64,000 nucleotides of DNA from Vicinamibacterales bacterium. GTDB lineage: Bacteria > Acidobacteriota > Vicinamibacteria > Vicinamibacterales > UBA2999. Numbering within the stretch: the stretch's first letter is position 1; each line of letters starts with the position of its first letter. The notes beneath the pieces are model-generated. The model did not search any database. It was given only the letters and a program-made list of their open reading frames with translations, and was not told the origin of the DNA. A program made the position numbers and the translations under genes. This document shows positions 50,954 to 59,947 of this stretch, piece after piece. The stretch spans positions 68,659 to 132,658 of the forward strand of contig DASTBV010000155.1 of the NCBI GenBank assembly GCA_035711805.1. Reading direction: 5' to 3'.

Positions 50954-51107
50954 CAAAACGCCGCCCGCAGGGGACGTGTGGTCAGGTCATCCGCAGCGGG
51001 CGCCGGCGCCTCAGCCCGGCAAAATGGGCCGTTTCCACTGATTGAGGGTTATTTTCCGTGGCTCATCGTTTGCACCATCCGAGGGTGCCAGCCTGGGAGC
51101 CCATGTC

Positions 51108-51518
51108 ATGCGGAAACGAATCTGGAGCGCGCTGATGGCGCTCACACTGGCGTGCGCGGCGGTCGCGACCCCTCTCGCAAGCGACGCCGGGCAGGGCCGC
51201 GGCAGGAAACGCGGCGCTGAGGAGCCGACAGCGATTACCCGGCAACAGGAAAACCCCACACGCGGCCGTGGCAATTCCTCACGTGTTTACAAAGACGCGG
51301 CAAGCCTGAAGGGGTATGAATCCGGATGGGATCTCGGGCTCGTCGACGGACGTGACGGCCAGCGCTATGACCCCGTCCGCCATCGCGATTACCGGGACGG
51401 AGACCGCGGGTATGCATCGTCGTACGGCTCCCGCGACGGATACCAGACGAAATTCCGCGCCGGATTCCGCCAGGGATACGAGGACGGCTACCGTGAGGGC
51501 ACGCGCTCGCGGAAATAG
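51108..51518 (+). CDS. Hypothetical secreted Arg/Gly/Asp/Tyr-rich protein
   Basis: MRKRIWSALMALTLACAAVATPLA signal peptide. No recognisable domain. Confidence 0.5.
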   Translation: MRKRIWSALMALTLACAAVATPLASDAGQGRGRKRGAEEPTAITRQQENPTRGRGNSSRVYKDAASLKGYESGWDLGLVDGRDGQRYDPVRHRDYRDGDRGYASSYGSRDGYQTKFRAGFRQGYEDGYREGTRSRK

Positions 51519-51635
51519 GCCCTCCTTCGCCCGTTGGGCTACGGCGCGACAAGCCTTTACTCCGCCGGAAGCGTTGTTTAGCATTACAGGGTTACCCGCC
51601 TTCGCGCTGCGCGCTTCGGCGGGACAAGCCCCAGT

Positions 51636-51710
51636 GCCGGTATCGTCTAGGGGTTAGGACGGGTGGTTCTCAGCCATCAAACCGGGGTTCGAATCCCCGT
51701 ACCGGTACCA
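51636..51710 (+). tRNA. tRNA-Glu: tRNA-Glu (anticodon CUC), CCA encoded
   Basis: Hand-folded cloverleaf with a 7-bp acceptor (GCCGGTA/TACCGGT), a D stem GTCT/GGAC and an anticodon stem GGTGG/CCATC. The anticodon loop is TTCTCAG and the T arm is CGGGG-TTCGAAT-CCCCG, followed by A-CCA. Confidence 0.9.
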
Positions 51711-51812
51711 CAAACTCCGCCACACGTTTCAGGAATCCCTGCGGCGCTCTTCCTGACGCTCAGACTGAAGTCAGGTATCTCAGCCTACCCTCGTCTGCAA
51801 TGCGCGAAATGG

Positions 51813-52838
51813 TCAGAGCTTCAGAAACGGTGACGCGGAAAGGAATTCCCGAACGGTCAGGTTTCGCTGGGCCACGAACGCGGCGGCGTTCGTCGAGCCA
51901 CTGGCACGCAGGTAGCGCAAGACCGGCAGCAACGCGGCCGCGTCGTGATAGTTCAGATGAGTGGTGCCAACGGGAGCGACGCGCTGCGCGTGATCAGGCA
52001 GGAGTCTATCGTTGATGCCCTCGTTCGCTGCGCTGTACATCATCAAATACGGCACGTGGATTTCGCGGGCGTTGCGGCTCCCGTACATGCCTCCATCGAG
52101 ATTCGCGACACTGCGTGCACGCGAATCCCGCTCTGCCGTCACCGTCGCGACCGCACCGCCCAGCGAGAGGCCGACGAGGTGCGGGGCCGATGTATCGACG
52201 GAATCCGGCCGCAGGCCGGGAATCGCAGCAAGCGCCGCACTCGCATTGTCCATAACGAAGGACGTATCCGCGGACCTCGCGATCACGATGCGATTCGTGG
52301 TGTCGGCACCGGCGAAGTACTGCGGTGCCAGCTTAGCCCTCTCGTGTGCCGACGCGACTCTGAGCTTGCGCTCTAGCTCTTCTCGAGCCGGTCGTTTGCC
52401 GCCACTCCCACCACGAGCTAGCGCGCGACGCTCCGCCAACTGATCGGCGTGCTCTATCGCAAGCACGGTGTAGCCATGACTCGCCAGCTCCTCCATCAGT
52501 GACGTGTTCTCCGCCCTGAAGGAGATCAGACCGTGGTTGTAGATAACCAGTTGTGATGCCGTCACGAGCGGGCTGATCGCCGCACACGGCACGGTTGCCG
52601 TGCGCACTCGCAAGCATCGGAGCAGCAGCCGTATCGGCAGCGGCGTTCGAGCATCGCGGCGCAGCTCGGCCCAGAGCAGCTCTGGCCGAGTCGTAGTACT
52701 CGCAGCGGGATACCAGACCTTGAGGAGGAGGCGCCTTCCCAACGCCTCGCTCGCCAGATGCACGACGCGTCCCGCATCGACGAGCTCGTGCGTGATCGAG
52801 CCGACGCAGTATGGACCGCCGGGCTTAGGAATCGCCAA
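51813..52838 (-). CDS. Alpha/beta hydrolase (PAF-acetylhydrolase/dienelactone-hydrolase-like)
   Basis: GLSLGG nucleophile elbow and an alpha/beta-fold pattern. It overlaps the TetR gene by 14 nt. Confidence 0.7.
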   Translation of the reverse strand: MAIPKPGGPYCVGSITHELVDAGRVVHLASEALGRRLLLKVWYPAASTTTRPELLWAELRRDARTPLPIRLLLRCLRVRTATVPCAAISPLVTASQLVIYNHGLISFRAENTSLMEELASHGYTVLAIEHADQLAERRALARGGSGGKRPAREELERKLRVASAHERAKLAPQYFAGADTTNRIVIARSADTSFVMDNASAALAAIPGLRPDSVDTSAPHLVGLSLGGAVATVTAERDSRARSVANLDGGMYGSRNAREIHVPYLMMYSAANEGINDRLLPDHAQRVAPVGTTHLNYHDAAALLPVLRYLRASGSTNAAAFVAQRNLTVREFLSASPFLKL

Positions 52839-53481
52839 CGGCTCTGGTTCCGGCGGCGTGCTCGCCGCACGTCAGGTAGCGATGCGCGAGCGAGGCGAGC
52901 GCTTCCGCGAACTGTTTGCGACTGCCCAATCGTGAACGCCGCATCTCCTCGCCGTGCAGCAAAGGCCCAAGCAGCATGAAGTTGAACAAATAACAGATCA
53001 GCGCGGCGGCGTGATCGATATCGCCAACCCTAATCTGCGCCGACCATTGGTGTAGAAACGTCTTGAAGCCGTCCAGCGCCACCTGCTCGAGGCGCGCCCA
53101 CTCCTTGCCTGCACGGTCGGGCCGGTGGCGCGAGTACAGGTACGCCGGGCGCATGACGTAACCCAGCGCGGCCACTTGGTCATGAGCGTCGCCGGCAATG
53201 GTCACCAGGGCCTCGAAAAGCGACTCGGCGCGCGGTGACTGACGCTTGCGCCGTGCCCATGCCTCGACATGCCGGAAGTAGAGCTCCATGAGGACCGAAG
53301 CCGTCGCGTCTGCGTTGCTGAAGCGCTGATAGATCGTTGCCTGAGCCACCTTCGCCTTCGCGGCGAGATCGGCCACGCTAATCTCAGCGAATGACTTGCG
53401 CAGCAATAGCGCATCCATCGCGGTGAGGATGCGATCCCGCTTTTGTTGCGATCGTTGCTGGCTCGTGGGCTTGGCGCGCAT
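52825..53481 (-). CDS. TetR-family transcriptional regulator
   Basis: N-terminal HTH region RDRILTAMDALLLRKSFAEISVADLAAKAKVAQATIYQRF. Confidence 0.88.
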   Translation of the reverse strand: MRAKPTSQQRSQQKRDRILTAMDALLLRKSFAEISVADLAAKAKVAQATIYQRFSNADATASVLMELYFRHVEAWARRKRQSPRAESLFEALVTIAGDAHDQVAALGYVMRPAYLYSRHRPDRAGKEWARLEQVALDGFKTFLHQWSAQIRVGDIDHAAALICYLFNFMLLGPLLHGEEMRRSRLGSRKQFAEALASLAHRYLTCGEHAAGTRAVGDS

Positions 53482-53522
53482 CGAATAATATGAATATTAT
53501 TTATATTCGTGATTAATGTCAA
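53482..53522 (-). promoter_or_regulatory. Consensus promoter plus palindromic AT-rich operator of the TetR-hydrolase operon
   Basis: The minus strand reads TTGACA-N17-TAATAT, 12 nt before the ATG. The palindromes AATAATAT/ATATTATT and GAATAT/ATATTC overlap the -10 element. Confidence 0.7.
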
Positions 53523-53609
53523 CGACACGTCGCGACCCTCGATTCGCACGGCGAAGCATGGTGGGCGCCGCGGGTTACGTGAGAGCGGCACTCGGACTTC
53601 GGACTTCGG

Positions 53610-54219
53610 ATAGCTCGCCGTCATTTCCAGCGGACGGAGAATGTTGTCGAGCATGAAGCGCTCGAACGACTTGCCGGTGATCTCTTCAACGACTGACTGC
53701 AGGTAGCTGAAACCTTCTCCCGGGTATTGATATCGAGAGCCCGGCGCGAACTGAATCGGGAGTTCCGCCCCCTGTCGCCAATTGGGAAACCCCGTCGTGT
53801 GATTCAGCACATGTCGCGCGGTGATCAGCTCGATGCGCGGATCCGTGGTGATGCGCCGCTTCGTGTACTGCGTCAGTGGCGTATCGAGATCAAGCAGACC
53901 ACGCTCGACCAGCTTCATGACACCGTAGGCGAAGACCGGCTTGGTGTTGGAACACGCGGCGAACACAGAGTCGCCGTCCACCGGCTCGTTCGTCCCGGTG
54001 TCCTTGACTCCAAACGCGCGCCGCCAGGCGAGACGGCCGTCGCGGACGATGGCGATTGAGGCAGCGGGCAATTTCGCTTCCTGGAGCCATTTTGGGATTC
54101 CGGCGGTCCACCCCTCGATCAGTGAGTCGAGAGAGGGGTCTCTGGCCCCTATCGACGTCCTGCATCGACAGGCCTACTGCGGCGAGACTCGTTTCGATCA
54201 GGAAGTCACGGCGTAGCAT
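53610..54219 (-). pseudogene. Serine hydrolase / beta-lactamase-family gene remnant (frameshifted, 3'-truncated)
   Basis: The Tat-like start MLRRDFLIETSLAAVGLS (frame A) is separated by a frameshift near 54150 from ...WLQEAKLPAASIAIVRDG...CSNTK...YQYPGEGFSYL. Similarity stops near 53610, only about half the expected length. Confidence 0.65.
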
Positions 54220-54315
54220 GATGCTCGATTATTACGTGAGAGCGGCACTCTTAGGTCAGGCCGCTGTCCTCGGTGTCCGGCCTTGCAGCGGATAACACAA
54301 CCGCCCGAATCCCCG

Positions 54316-54335
54316 TACGGTACCAAATCCATCAA
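54316..54335 (+). repeat. Direct copy of the tRNA-Glu 3' end (att-like), 20 nt
   Basis: CGAATCCCCGTACGGTACCA compared with tRNA 51690-51710 CGAATCCCCGTACCGGTACCA (one C missing). Confidence 0.75.
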
Positions 54336-54470
54336 CAAATTGCCGTGTCGTATCGCGACTAGTTCTGCGAACGACTCCGTAAAATCGAGTCCTACGAACG
54401 CGGTTTCCTGGCGGCGATGACGTGGGCTACGATCTGCGCTTCAAACCGACGACCCGAAAGGAAGTGCTCC

Positions 54471-54983
54471 ATGCACAAGGCGGCCTGGCCTGTGATTCTT
54501 CTGTTGGCCCCCCTCGCCTGCGCACGGTCTCAAGATGGCCCTCCTGCGGCAGGCGATCCCAGCGTGCAAGAATTCTTGCCTCGCTGGGAGAACGCCCAGG
54601 CTCGATTCATCAATGGTGATCCCAGTCTGTGGAAAGAGAATGCTTCGCAGAGCGAGGAGGCCACCGTGTTCGGTGCGTTCGGCGGCTACGAGAAGGGCTG
54701 GAAGGAAGTCGGCCCGCGCTATGACTGGGCGTCATCGCAGTTCAAAGAAAGCGGGGCCACACAAAGGATCGAATACGTCAACACGGGCAGCAGTGGTGAT
54801 CTGGCGTTCACGGTCAGCATCGAACGCCAGCAGGCACGGGTCGGCGGCCAGGGCAGCCTCACGCCGCGGGCGTTGCGGGTTACCCAGGTGTTCCGACGGG
54901 AAGCTGGCGGCTGGAAGCTCCTGCATCGGCACGCCGACCCGCTTATGGAAAGGAGCGCACCATCGGCGGCTGCCCAGAAATAG
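54471..54983 (+). CDS. SnoaL-like / DUF4440 (NTF2-fold) secreted protein
   Basis: Signal/lipobox-like N-terminus and a C-terminal LRVTQVFRREAGGWKLLHRHADP motif typical of DUF4440. Confidence 0.65.
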   Translation: MHKAAWPVILLLAPLACARSQDGPPAAGDPSVQEFLPRWENAQARFINGDPSLWKENASQSEEATVFGAFGGYEKGWKEVGPRYDWASSQFKESGATQRIEYVNTGSSGDLAFTVSIERQQARVGGQGSLTPRALRVTQVFRREAGGWKLLHRHADPLMERSAPSAAAQK

Positions 54984-55063
54984 GACATGGACCAGGCTCG
55001 ATCAAACTCGGTTGAGCAGTACGCGGTTCGTGATTCCATGCGACGTCGCCGGGACCGGTGTCC

Positions 55064-55129
55064 GGAGTCAGGCGGCAATTCCGCCGAACTCCACGCTCCA
55101 ACTTTTGTCATGACCCCGTACCGGTACCA
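55064..55129 (+). repeat. 66-nt element ending in a 16-nt copy of the tRNA-Glu 3' end (att-like)
   Basis: It ends in CCCCGTACCGGTACCA (16/16 to the tRNA). It matches 59544-59609 at 53/66 positions without gaps. Confidence 0.75.
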
Positions 55130-55334
55130 ACCTTCGATCATGACTCGCGCGAAGGTTGCCCACCATAGCTCGCAATGAATTCGACGCGAGCGACGGTGGG
55201 CTTACTCCGCTCGGACTGAGCTACGGTTGGCAAGCCGAGCGAGCTCACCCCACAGGCGCAGCAGTCCATCGTAGCGCGCGCTGACAAAGCGCCGGGCCAC
55301 GGACAGAGGTGCCGCCCATGGCTTCCGACTCAAC

Positions 55335-55826
55335 TCAATCGCGCGGAACGAAGCTGTACGTCCCGTCCCAGTGCCAATTTACTCCGTCCCCAGGCGGCGA
55401 GACATGGGCAGTGGCACTGAATCCCGTGAACTTTCCGGTCCCGCCCGAGAACGTGCACAATCCGAGACCGGTCGCGAGATTGGCGGCGCAATGGCCGAAC
55501 GCCTTGTTGTTGCCGGAGCCCGGCGGGTCGAGGAGGACGTCACTATCCAGCGAGGTCCCAACAGGGGGCTGGGCATAGACGACCCTCGAGCCGACCTCGA
55601 TCGCCTTGACGTTCGAGGACGTGATCGTGCAGAAGGAACCGGCGAGGCCGGTATACTCCGTGCACTCTTTCGTCACATGGAGATCTCCGCTTCGCGGGGC
55701 CGCCGACAAACCAGACACAGCCGCGGTTGAAGTAGCGCTTGGACTTGTCGGAATCCTCGTTCCGTCGGCGCACCCGACCGCGACGAGCGCCCCACCACTG
55801 AGACACAGAATTGCCACGAATTTCAT
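55335..55826 (-). CDS. Cys-containing lipoprotein of unknown function, divergent from the ECF sigma gene
   Basis: LVAVGC lipobox, GAAGGAGG RBS and 4 further Cys residues. Confidence 0.6.
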   Translation of the reverse strand: MKFVAILCLSGGALVAVGCADGTRIPTSPSATSTAAVSGLSAAPRSGDLHVTKECTEYTGLAGSFCTITSSNVKAIEVGSRVVYAQPPVGTSLDSDVLLDPPGSGNNKAFGHCAANLATGLGLCTFSGGTGKFTGFSATAHVSPPGDGVNWHWDGTYSFVPRD

Positions 55827-56004
55827 AGACCCTCCTTCGGCGTTGCCGCCCGTTTCGTAATGCGCCGATGCCCGACGCACCGACGATCTCGAGGCGTCGT
55901 CGATAGGAGATCGCGTAAGGGGCATCCGCAGTGGGTCAACGGGCCGAAAGGCAGGTCTCGCGGTGCTATGCTCTGGGTCAATCCAACGATTGAAGAAGGC
56001 TCCG

Positions 56005-56577
56005 ATGGTCTCGCCTCGCGACGTCACGGCACTGCTCGGCGACTGGAGTCGCGGCAACCGGACGGCGCTCAACCAGTTGCTGCCGCTCGTCTATGCGGAG
56101 CTCCGCCGCGTCGCCGCGCGCCAGTTGCGGAAGGAGCGGGCCGACCACACTCTGCAGCCAACGGCCCTCGTGCACGAGGTGTTCATCCGCCTCGTCGATC
56201 AACGGCAGGGAGACTGGCAGAACCGGGCACATTTCTTTGGTGTCGCCGCGAACGTCATGCGCCGCATCCTGGTCGATCACGCCCGTCGTCACAACGCGAG
56301 CAAACGGGGCGAGGGCGTGCGCTGCGTGTCAATCGATGAAGCCAACGACGTCGCCGCGTCGAACGAGATGCCCGTTCTCGCGCTGGATCGCGCGCTCGAT
56401 CGCCTGGAAACGGTCGACGCCGACCTCGCCAGGATCGTCGAGCTTCGCGCGTTTGGCGGACTCACGATCGAGGAAGCGGCCCACGTCCTCAGCGTGTCGC
56501 CATCGACCGCCAAGCGCGACTGGCGCACCGCGAAAGCGTGGCTCACTCGCGAGCTCGGCGCCGAGGTTCGCCCGTGA
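56005..56577 (+). CDS. ECF-type sigma factor (Sigma70_ECF / PF07638-like, kinase-associated)
   Basis: VTALLGDWSRGNRTALNQLLPLVYAELRRVAARQL N-terminus and a region-4 HTH at the C-terminus. Its stop overlaps the kinase GTG (GTGA). Confidence 0.88.
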   Translation: MVSPRDVTALLGDWSRGNRTALNQLLPLVYAELRRVAARQLRKERADHTLQPTALVHEVFIRLVDQRQGDWQNRAHFFGVAANVMRRILVDHARRHNASKRGEGVRCVSIDEANDVAASNEMPVLALDRALDRLETVDADLARIVELRAFGGLTIEEAAHVLSVSPSTAKRDWRTAKAWLTRELGAEVRP

Positions 56578-59513
56578 CGGACGAACGATGGCGGCGCGTA
56601 AAGGCACTGTTTCAGGCCGCGGTGGAACGGCCGGCCGACGAGCGCGCCGCCTTTCTGGCCGCGGCAACCGGTGACGACGCGGCGCTCGGTCGTGAAGTCG
56701 AGTCGTTGCTGGCGTCGGACGCCTCGGACGCCAGCTTCCTCGACCGGCTGCCCGTCGCCAGTCCGTCCGTGCTGGCTGACCCGCTCGGCGCACTCCCGGC
56801 GTCGATGGACAGGGCGCTGTCTCACGCAGTCCTCGCCCCTGGCCTTCGCGTCGGTTCCTATGAGATCGTCGCACCGCTCGGGGCGGGCGCCATGGGAGAG
56901 GTGTACCGTGCGCGCGACACGAAGCTGCATCGCGACGTCGCGCTGAAGGTGCTGCCCGAGCGGTTCGCCTTCGATCCGGACCGCGCGGCGCGGCTCACGC
57001 GCGAAGCGCATCTGCTCGCAACGCTCAATCACCGGAACATTGCCGCGATCTACGGCCTGGAAGAGTCGCTCGGCGCGCAGGCGCTGGTGTTAGAGCTGAT
57101 CGATGGACCGACGCTCGCCGAGCGAATCGGGTCGATTTCGGTCAAGGAGGCGTTGACCGTCGCGCGGCAGATTGCCGAAGCCCTGGAAGCGGCTCACGAG
57201 AAGGGAATCATCCACCGCGATCTCAAGCCAGCGAATATCAAGATCGCCGGCAACGGGGTGGTCAAGGTGCTCGACTTCGGGCTGGCGAAGGTATGGGATG
57301 GCGCCGCACAGCCTGACGTCTCCGCGTCACCGACGCTGACCGCAACAGATCTCGGGAAGCGGCCGGTCCTGGGCACTCCGGCCTACATGAGCCCGGAACA
57401 GGCGCGGGGCCAGGCGCTGGACAGACGGACGGACATCTGGGCGTTCGGCTGCGTGCTCTACGAAATGCTCACGGGCCGTGCGCCGTTTGCCGGCGAGACC
57501 ATCTCCGACACCGTCGCCGCGATCCTCGACCGCGAGCCTGACTGGGCCGCGCTGCCCGCCACCGTGCCCGCCGCGGTGCGTACGCTGATCCATCGATGTC
57601 TGGAGAAGGACGCCCGGCAGCGGATCGCGGACATCTCGGCCGCGCAGTTCGTCCTCAACGACCTCGCGGATGTTGCGCGAGCCACTGAGTCCGGCAAGCC
57701 CGCGGCGATCGTTCCGCGACCACCGCTGTGGCGCCGCCTGGCGATACTTTCCGGCGCGTCGCTCGTCGGCGTGGCGATGGCCGGCAGCGCCGGCTGGTTC
57801 GTGTTGCGCTCCACCACACCGCCCCGCGTGTCGCGCCTCCTCATCACCCCGCCGAGCGCGGCAACGCTGTCCGACAGACCCGGACTGGCCCTCACGCCCG
57901 ATGGCACGCGCGTCGTCTACGCCGGCGCCAATAACACGGCTCTCTTCGTGCGCCCGCTCGATCAGCTCGATGCCACGCCGCTCGCCCGGGTCGGCGAAGC
58001 GTATGGGACGTTCGTCTCGCCGGACGGCCAGTGGGTCGGATTCTTCGAGGGAGTCTCCTCGCTGAACAAGGTCGCCATCACCGGCGGGCCGGTGGTCACG
58101 CTCGGTCGCCCCGGCGGCACAGGGTTCGGTGCGAGCTGGGGCGCTGACGGTACGATCATCTTCGCGACCAACGATCGGACGACGGGCCTGCAGCGAATTG
58201 CCGCCGCAGGCGGCGAGCCGACCGGGCTGACGCGGCCGGATCGCGCGCGCGGCGAAGACGACCATCTGTGGCCGGAGATCCTGCCGGGCGGCCAAGCCGT
58301 GCTCTTCACAATCACCGCCACGACCGGCGGACTCGACCGGGCGCAGATCGCAGTCCTCGATCTGCGGACCGGCGCGCAGACGGTGTTGATTCGAGGCGGC
58401 CGCGCCGCACGCTACGTGTCGAGCGGGCATGTGGTCTACGCCGCGGCGGGGAGGCTGCACGCCGTCGCCTTCGACCTCGCCCGGCTCGTTGTCGCCGGCA
58501 CGCCGGTGATTGTCCAGCCCGAGGTGCCGGTGCCTGCGAACGGAGGTTGGGCAGTGACGGCCGATGGGACACTGGTCTACGTCTCGGGTGGTGTACCGAT
58601 AGTCGAACGGAGTCTGGTGTGGGTAGACCGGCAGGGCAGGGAAACACCGATACCCGCCGCACCGCCGCGTAACTATGCTTTTCCACGGCTCTCGCCGGAC
58701 GGAACACGCCTCGCGCTTTACATTCCCGATCAGGAAGTAGACATCTGGCTGTGGGATCTGGCCCGCGCAACGCTCAGGCGCGCGACCTTCGACCCGACGG
58801 TCGACATCTTCCCGGTCTGGCGGCGACCAGATGGCCGCCAGCTCCTCTTCAGCTCGAACAGGGCGGGCGCGGTGAATCTCTTCGCGCAAGCCGCCGACGG
58901 AAGCGGCGACGTCACGCGGCTGACCACGAGTCCCAATATCCAGCACGCCACATCCGTCTCCCCCGATGGCACGCGGCTCGTGTTCACGGAGACCGCGCGG
59001 ACAACGGCTCAGGACGTCATGGAGCTCCGACTGGACGGCACGGGTGCGGTGAGAACGCTCGTGCAGACGCCCGACAGCGAGCGCAACGCCGAGGTATCGC
59101 CCGATGGCCGGTGGCTCGCCTACGAGGCGAATTACTCGGGGCGATACGACATCTACGTGCGGCCATTTCCGGACACGCGGAGCGGCGGCTACTGGCAGGT
59201 GTCAACGGACGGCGGCACGCGGCCGCTGTGGGCGCGGAACAGTGCAGAGCTGTTTTATCTGAGCCCGACGGGCGCCCTCATGCGCGTCGGCGTGGCGCTT
59301 GGGCCCATCTGGGCGCCGACCGCGCCGACCAGGCTGTTCGAGGGACGCTACGGGGTCGCAGCCAGCCAAGCAGGCCGGACGTACGACATCGCGCCCGACG
59401 GCAAGCGGTTTCTGATGATCAAACCGATCGACTCCGCGGACCAGACGCCCGCGAGCCTCGTCGTCGTCCAGAACTGGCATCAGGATCTGAAGCGCCTCGT
59501 GCCCACCGACTGA
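56574..59513 (+). CDS. Ser/Thr protein kinase with an N-terminal sigma-linked helical motif, one TM and a TolB-like beta-propeller
   Basis: HRDLKPANI, DFGLAK and SPEQ kinase motifs. TM segment LAILSGASLVGVAMAG. Repeated SPDG/PD40-like blades. Confidence 0.9.
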   Translation: MTDERWRRVKALFQAAVERPADERAAFLAAATGDDAALGREVESLLASDASDASFLDRLPVASPSVLADPLGALPASMDRALSHAVLAPGLRVGSYEIVAPLGAGAMGEVYRARDTKLHRDVALKVLPERFAFDPDRAARLTREAHLLATLNHRNIAAIYGLEESLGAQALVLELIDGPTLAERIGSISVKEALTVARQIAEALEAAHEKGIIHRDLKPANIKIAGNGVVKVLDFGLAKVWDGAAQPDVSASPTLTATDLGKRPVLGTPAYMSPEQARGQALDRRTDIWAFGCVLYEMLTGRAPFAGETISDTVAAILDREPDWAALPATVPAAVRTLIHRCLEKDARQRIADISAAQFVLNDLADVARATESGKPAAIVPRPPLWRRLAILSGASLVGVAMAGSAGWFVLRSTTPPRVSRLLITPPSAATLSDRPGLALTPDGTRVVYAGANNTALFVRPLDQLDATPLARVGEAYGTFVSPDGQWVGFFEGVSSLNKVAITGGPVVTLGRPGGTGFGASWGADGTIIFATNDRTTGLQRIAAAGGEPTGLTRPDRARGEDDHLWPEILPGGQAVLFTITATTGGLDRAQIAVLDLRTGAQTVLIRGGRAARYVSSGHVVYAAAGRLHAVAFDLARLVVAGTPVIVQPEVPVPANGGWAVTADGTLVYVSGGVPIVERSLVWVDRQGRETPIPAAPPRNYAFPRLSPDGTRLALYIPDQEVDIWLWDLARATLRRATFDPTVDIFPVWRRPDGRQLLFSSNRAGAVNLFAQAADGSGDVTRLTTSPNIQHATSVSPDGTRLVFTETARTTAQDVMELRLDGTGAVRTLVQTPDSERNAEVSPDGRWLAYEANYSGRYDIYVRPFPDTRSGGYWQVSTDGGTRPLWARNSAELFYLSPTGALMRVGVALGPIWAPTAPTRLFEGRYGVAASQAGRTYDIAPDGKRFLMIKPIDSADQTPASLVVVQNWHQDLKRLVPTD

Positions 59514-59543
59514 CAGTCTCTGAGGTTGGACGGTGACCGGCGG

Positions 59544-59609
59544 GGAGTCAGGCGGCAATGCCTTCGAATGTCACGCACCAACCTCTCGCATAACCCCGTA
59601 CCGGCACCA
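59544..59609 (+). repeat. 66-nt element ending in a copy of the tRNA-Glu 3' end (att-like)
   Basis: It ends in CCCCGTACCGGCACCA (15/16 to the tRNA) and is homologous to 55064-55129. Confidence 0.75.
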
Positions 59610-59761
59610 AGAAATTCTTTTCGAATCGCCGAGGCCTACGGCAGACGATTCGGTGGGCCGGGATATCGTGTCTTGATGAGCTGGGATCGGTAGGTTCTGT
59701 GTGCACTTATGAACTGCTGGCGGGAACATCGGCGGATACGCTTGCTCAGAGGAGCATCAGC

Positions 59762-59947
59762 ATGAGTGCAAGCCATCGCCGCACCGACATACATTTGCGT
59801 CAACATCGGGCGAAAAAGCGGGGCAAGCTGCGCGCGCGGATTGCGGCAGCACCGGCGACCGGAGCTGCGCTCGAAGTAAAGGTGCAGCGAACTTATTCAC
59901 CATTCCACTCGATGATGAAAGAGAAACTGCCTCCAGCAGTCGTCTAG
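59762..59947 (+). CDS. Hypothetical small basic protein (61 aa)
   Basis: AGAGGAG RBS 8 nt before the ATG. MSASHRRTDIHLRQHRAKKRGKLRARIAAA... No recognised family. Confidence 0.35.
   Translation: MSASHRRTDIHLRQHRAKKRGKLRARIAAAPATGAALEVKVQRTYSPFHSMMKEKLPPAVV

Noticed and set aside
53202-53609. The 3' portion of ORF 53202-54071, which overlaps the TetR gene.
   Set aside because: Beta-lactamase-family similarity stops near 53610. The remainder is read-through across the duplicated leader, the AT-rich operator and the TetR coding region in another frame.
51711-54315. Expected integrase gene immediately downstream of the tRNA.
   Set aside because: All six frames were read. Only the hydrolase, the TetR gene and the beta-lactamase remnant are plausible, and no recombinase-like motifs were seen.
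55064-55129. A 66-nt element ending in ...CCCCGTACCGGTACCA, considered as a pseudo-tRNA or second tRNA gene.
   Set aside because: No T-arm partner for CCCCG exists and no cloverleaf can be drawn. Upstream of the last 16 nt it shows no similarity to the tRNA-Glu body. It is better explained as an att arm.
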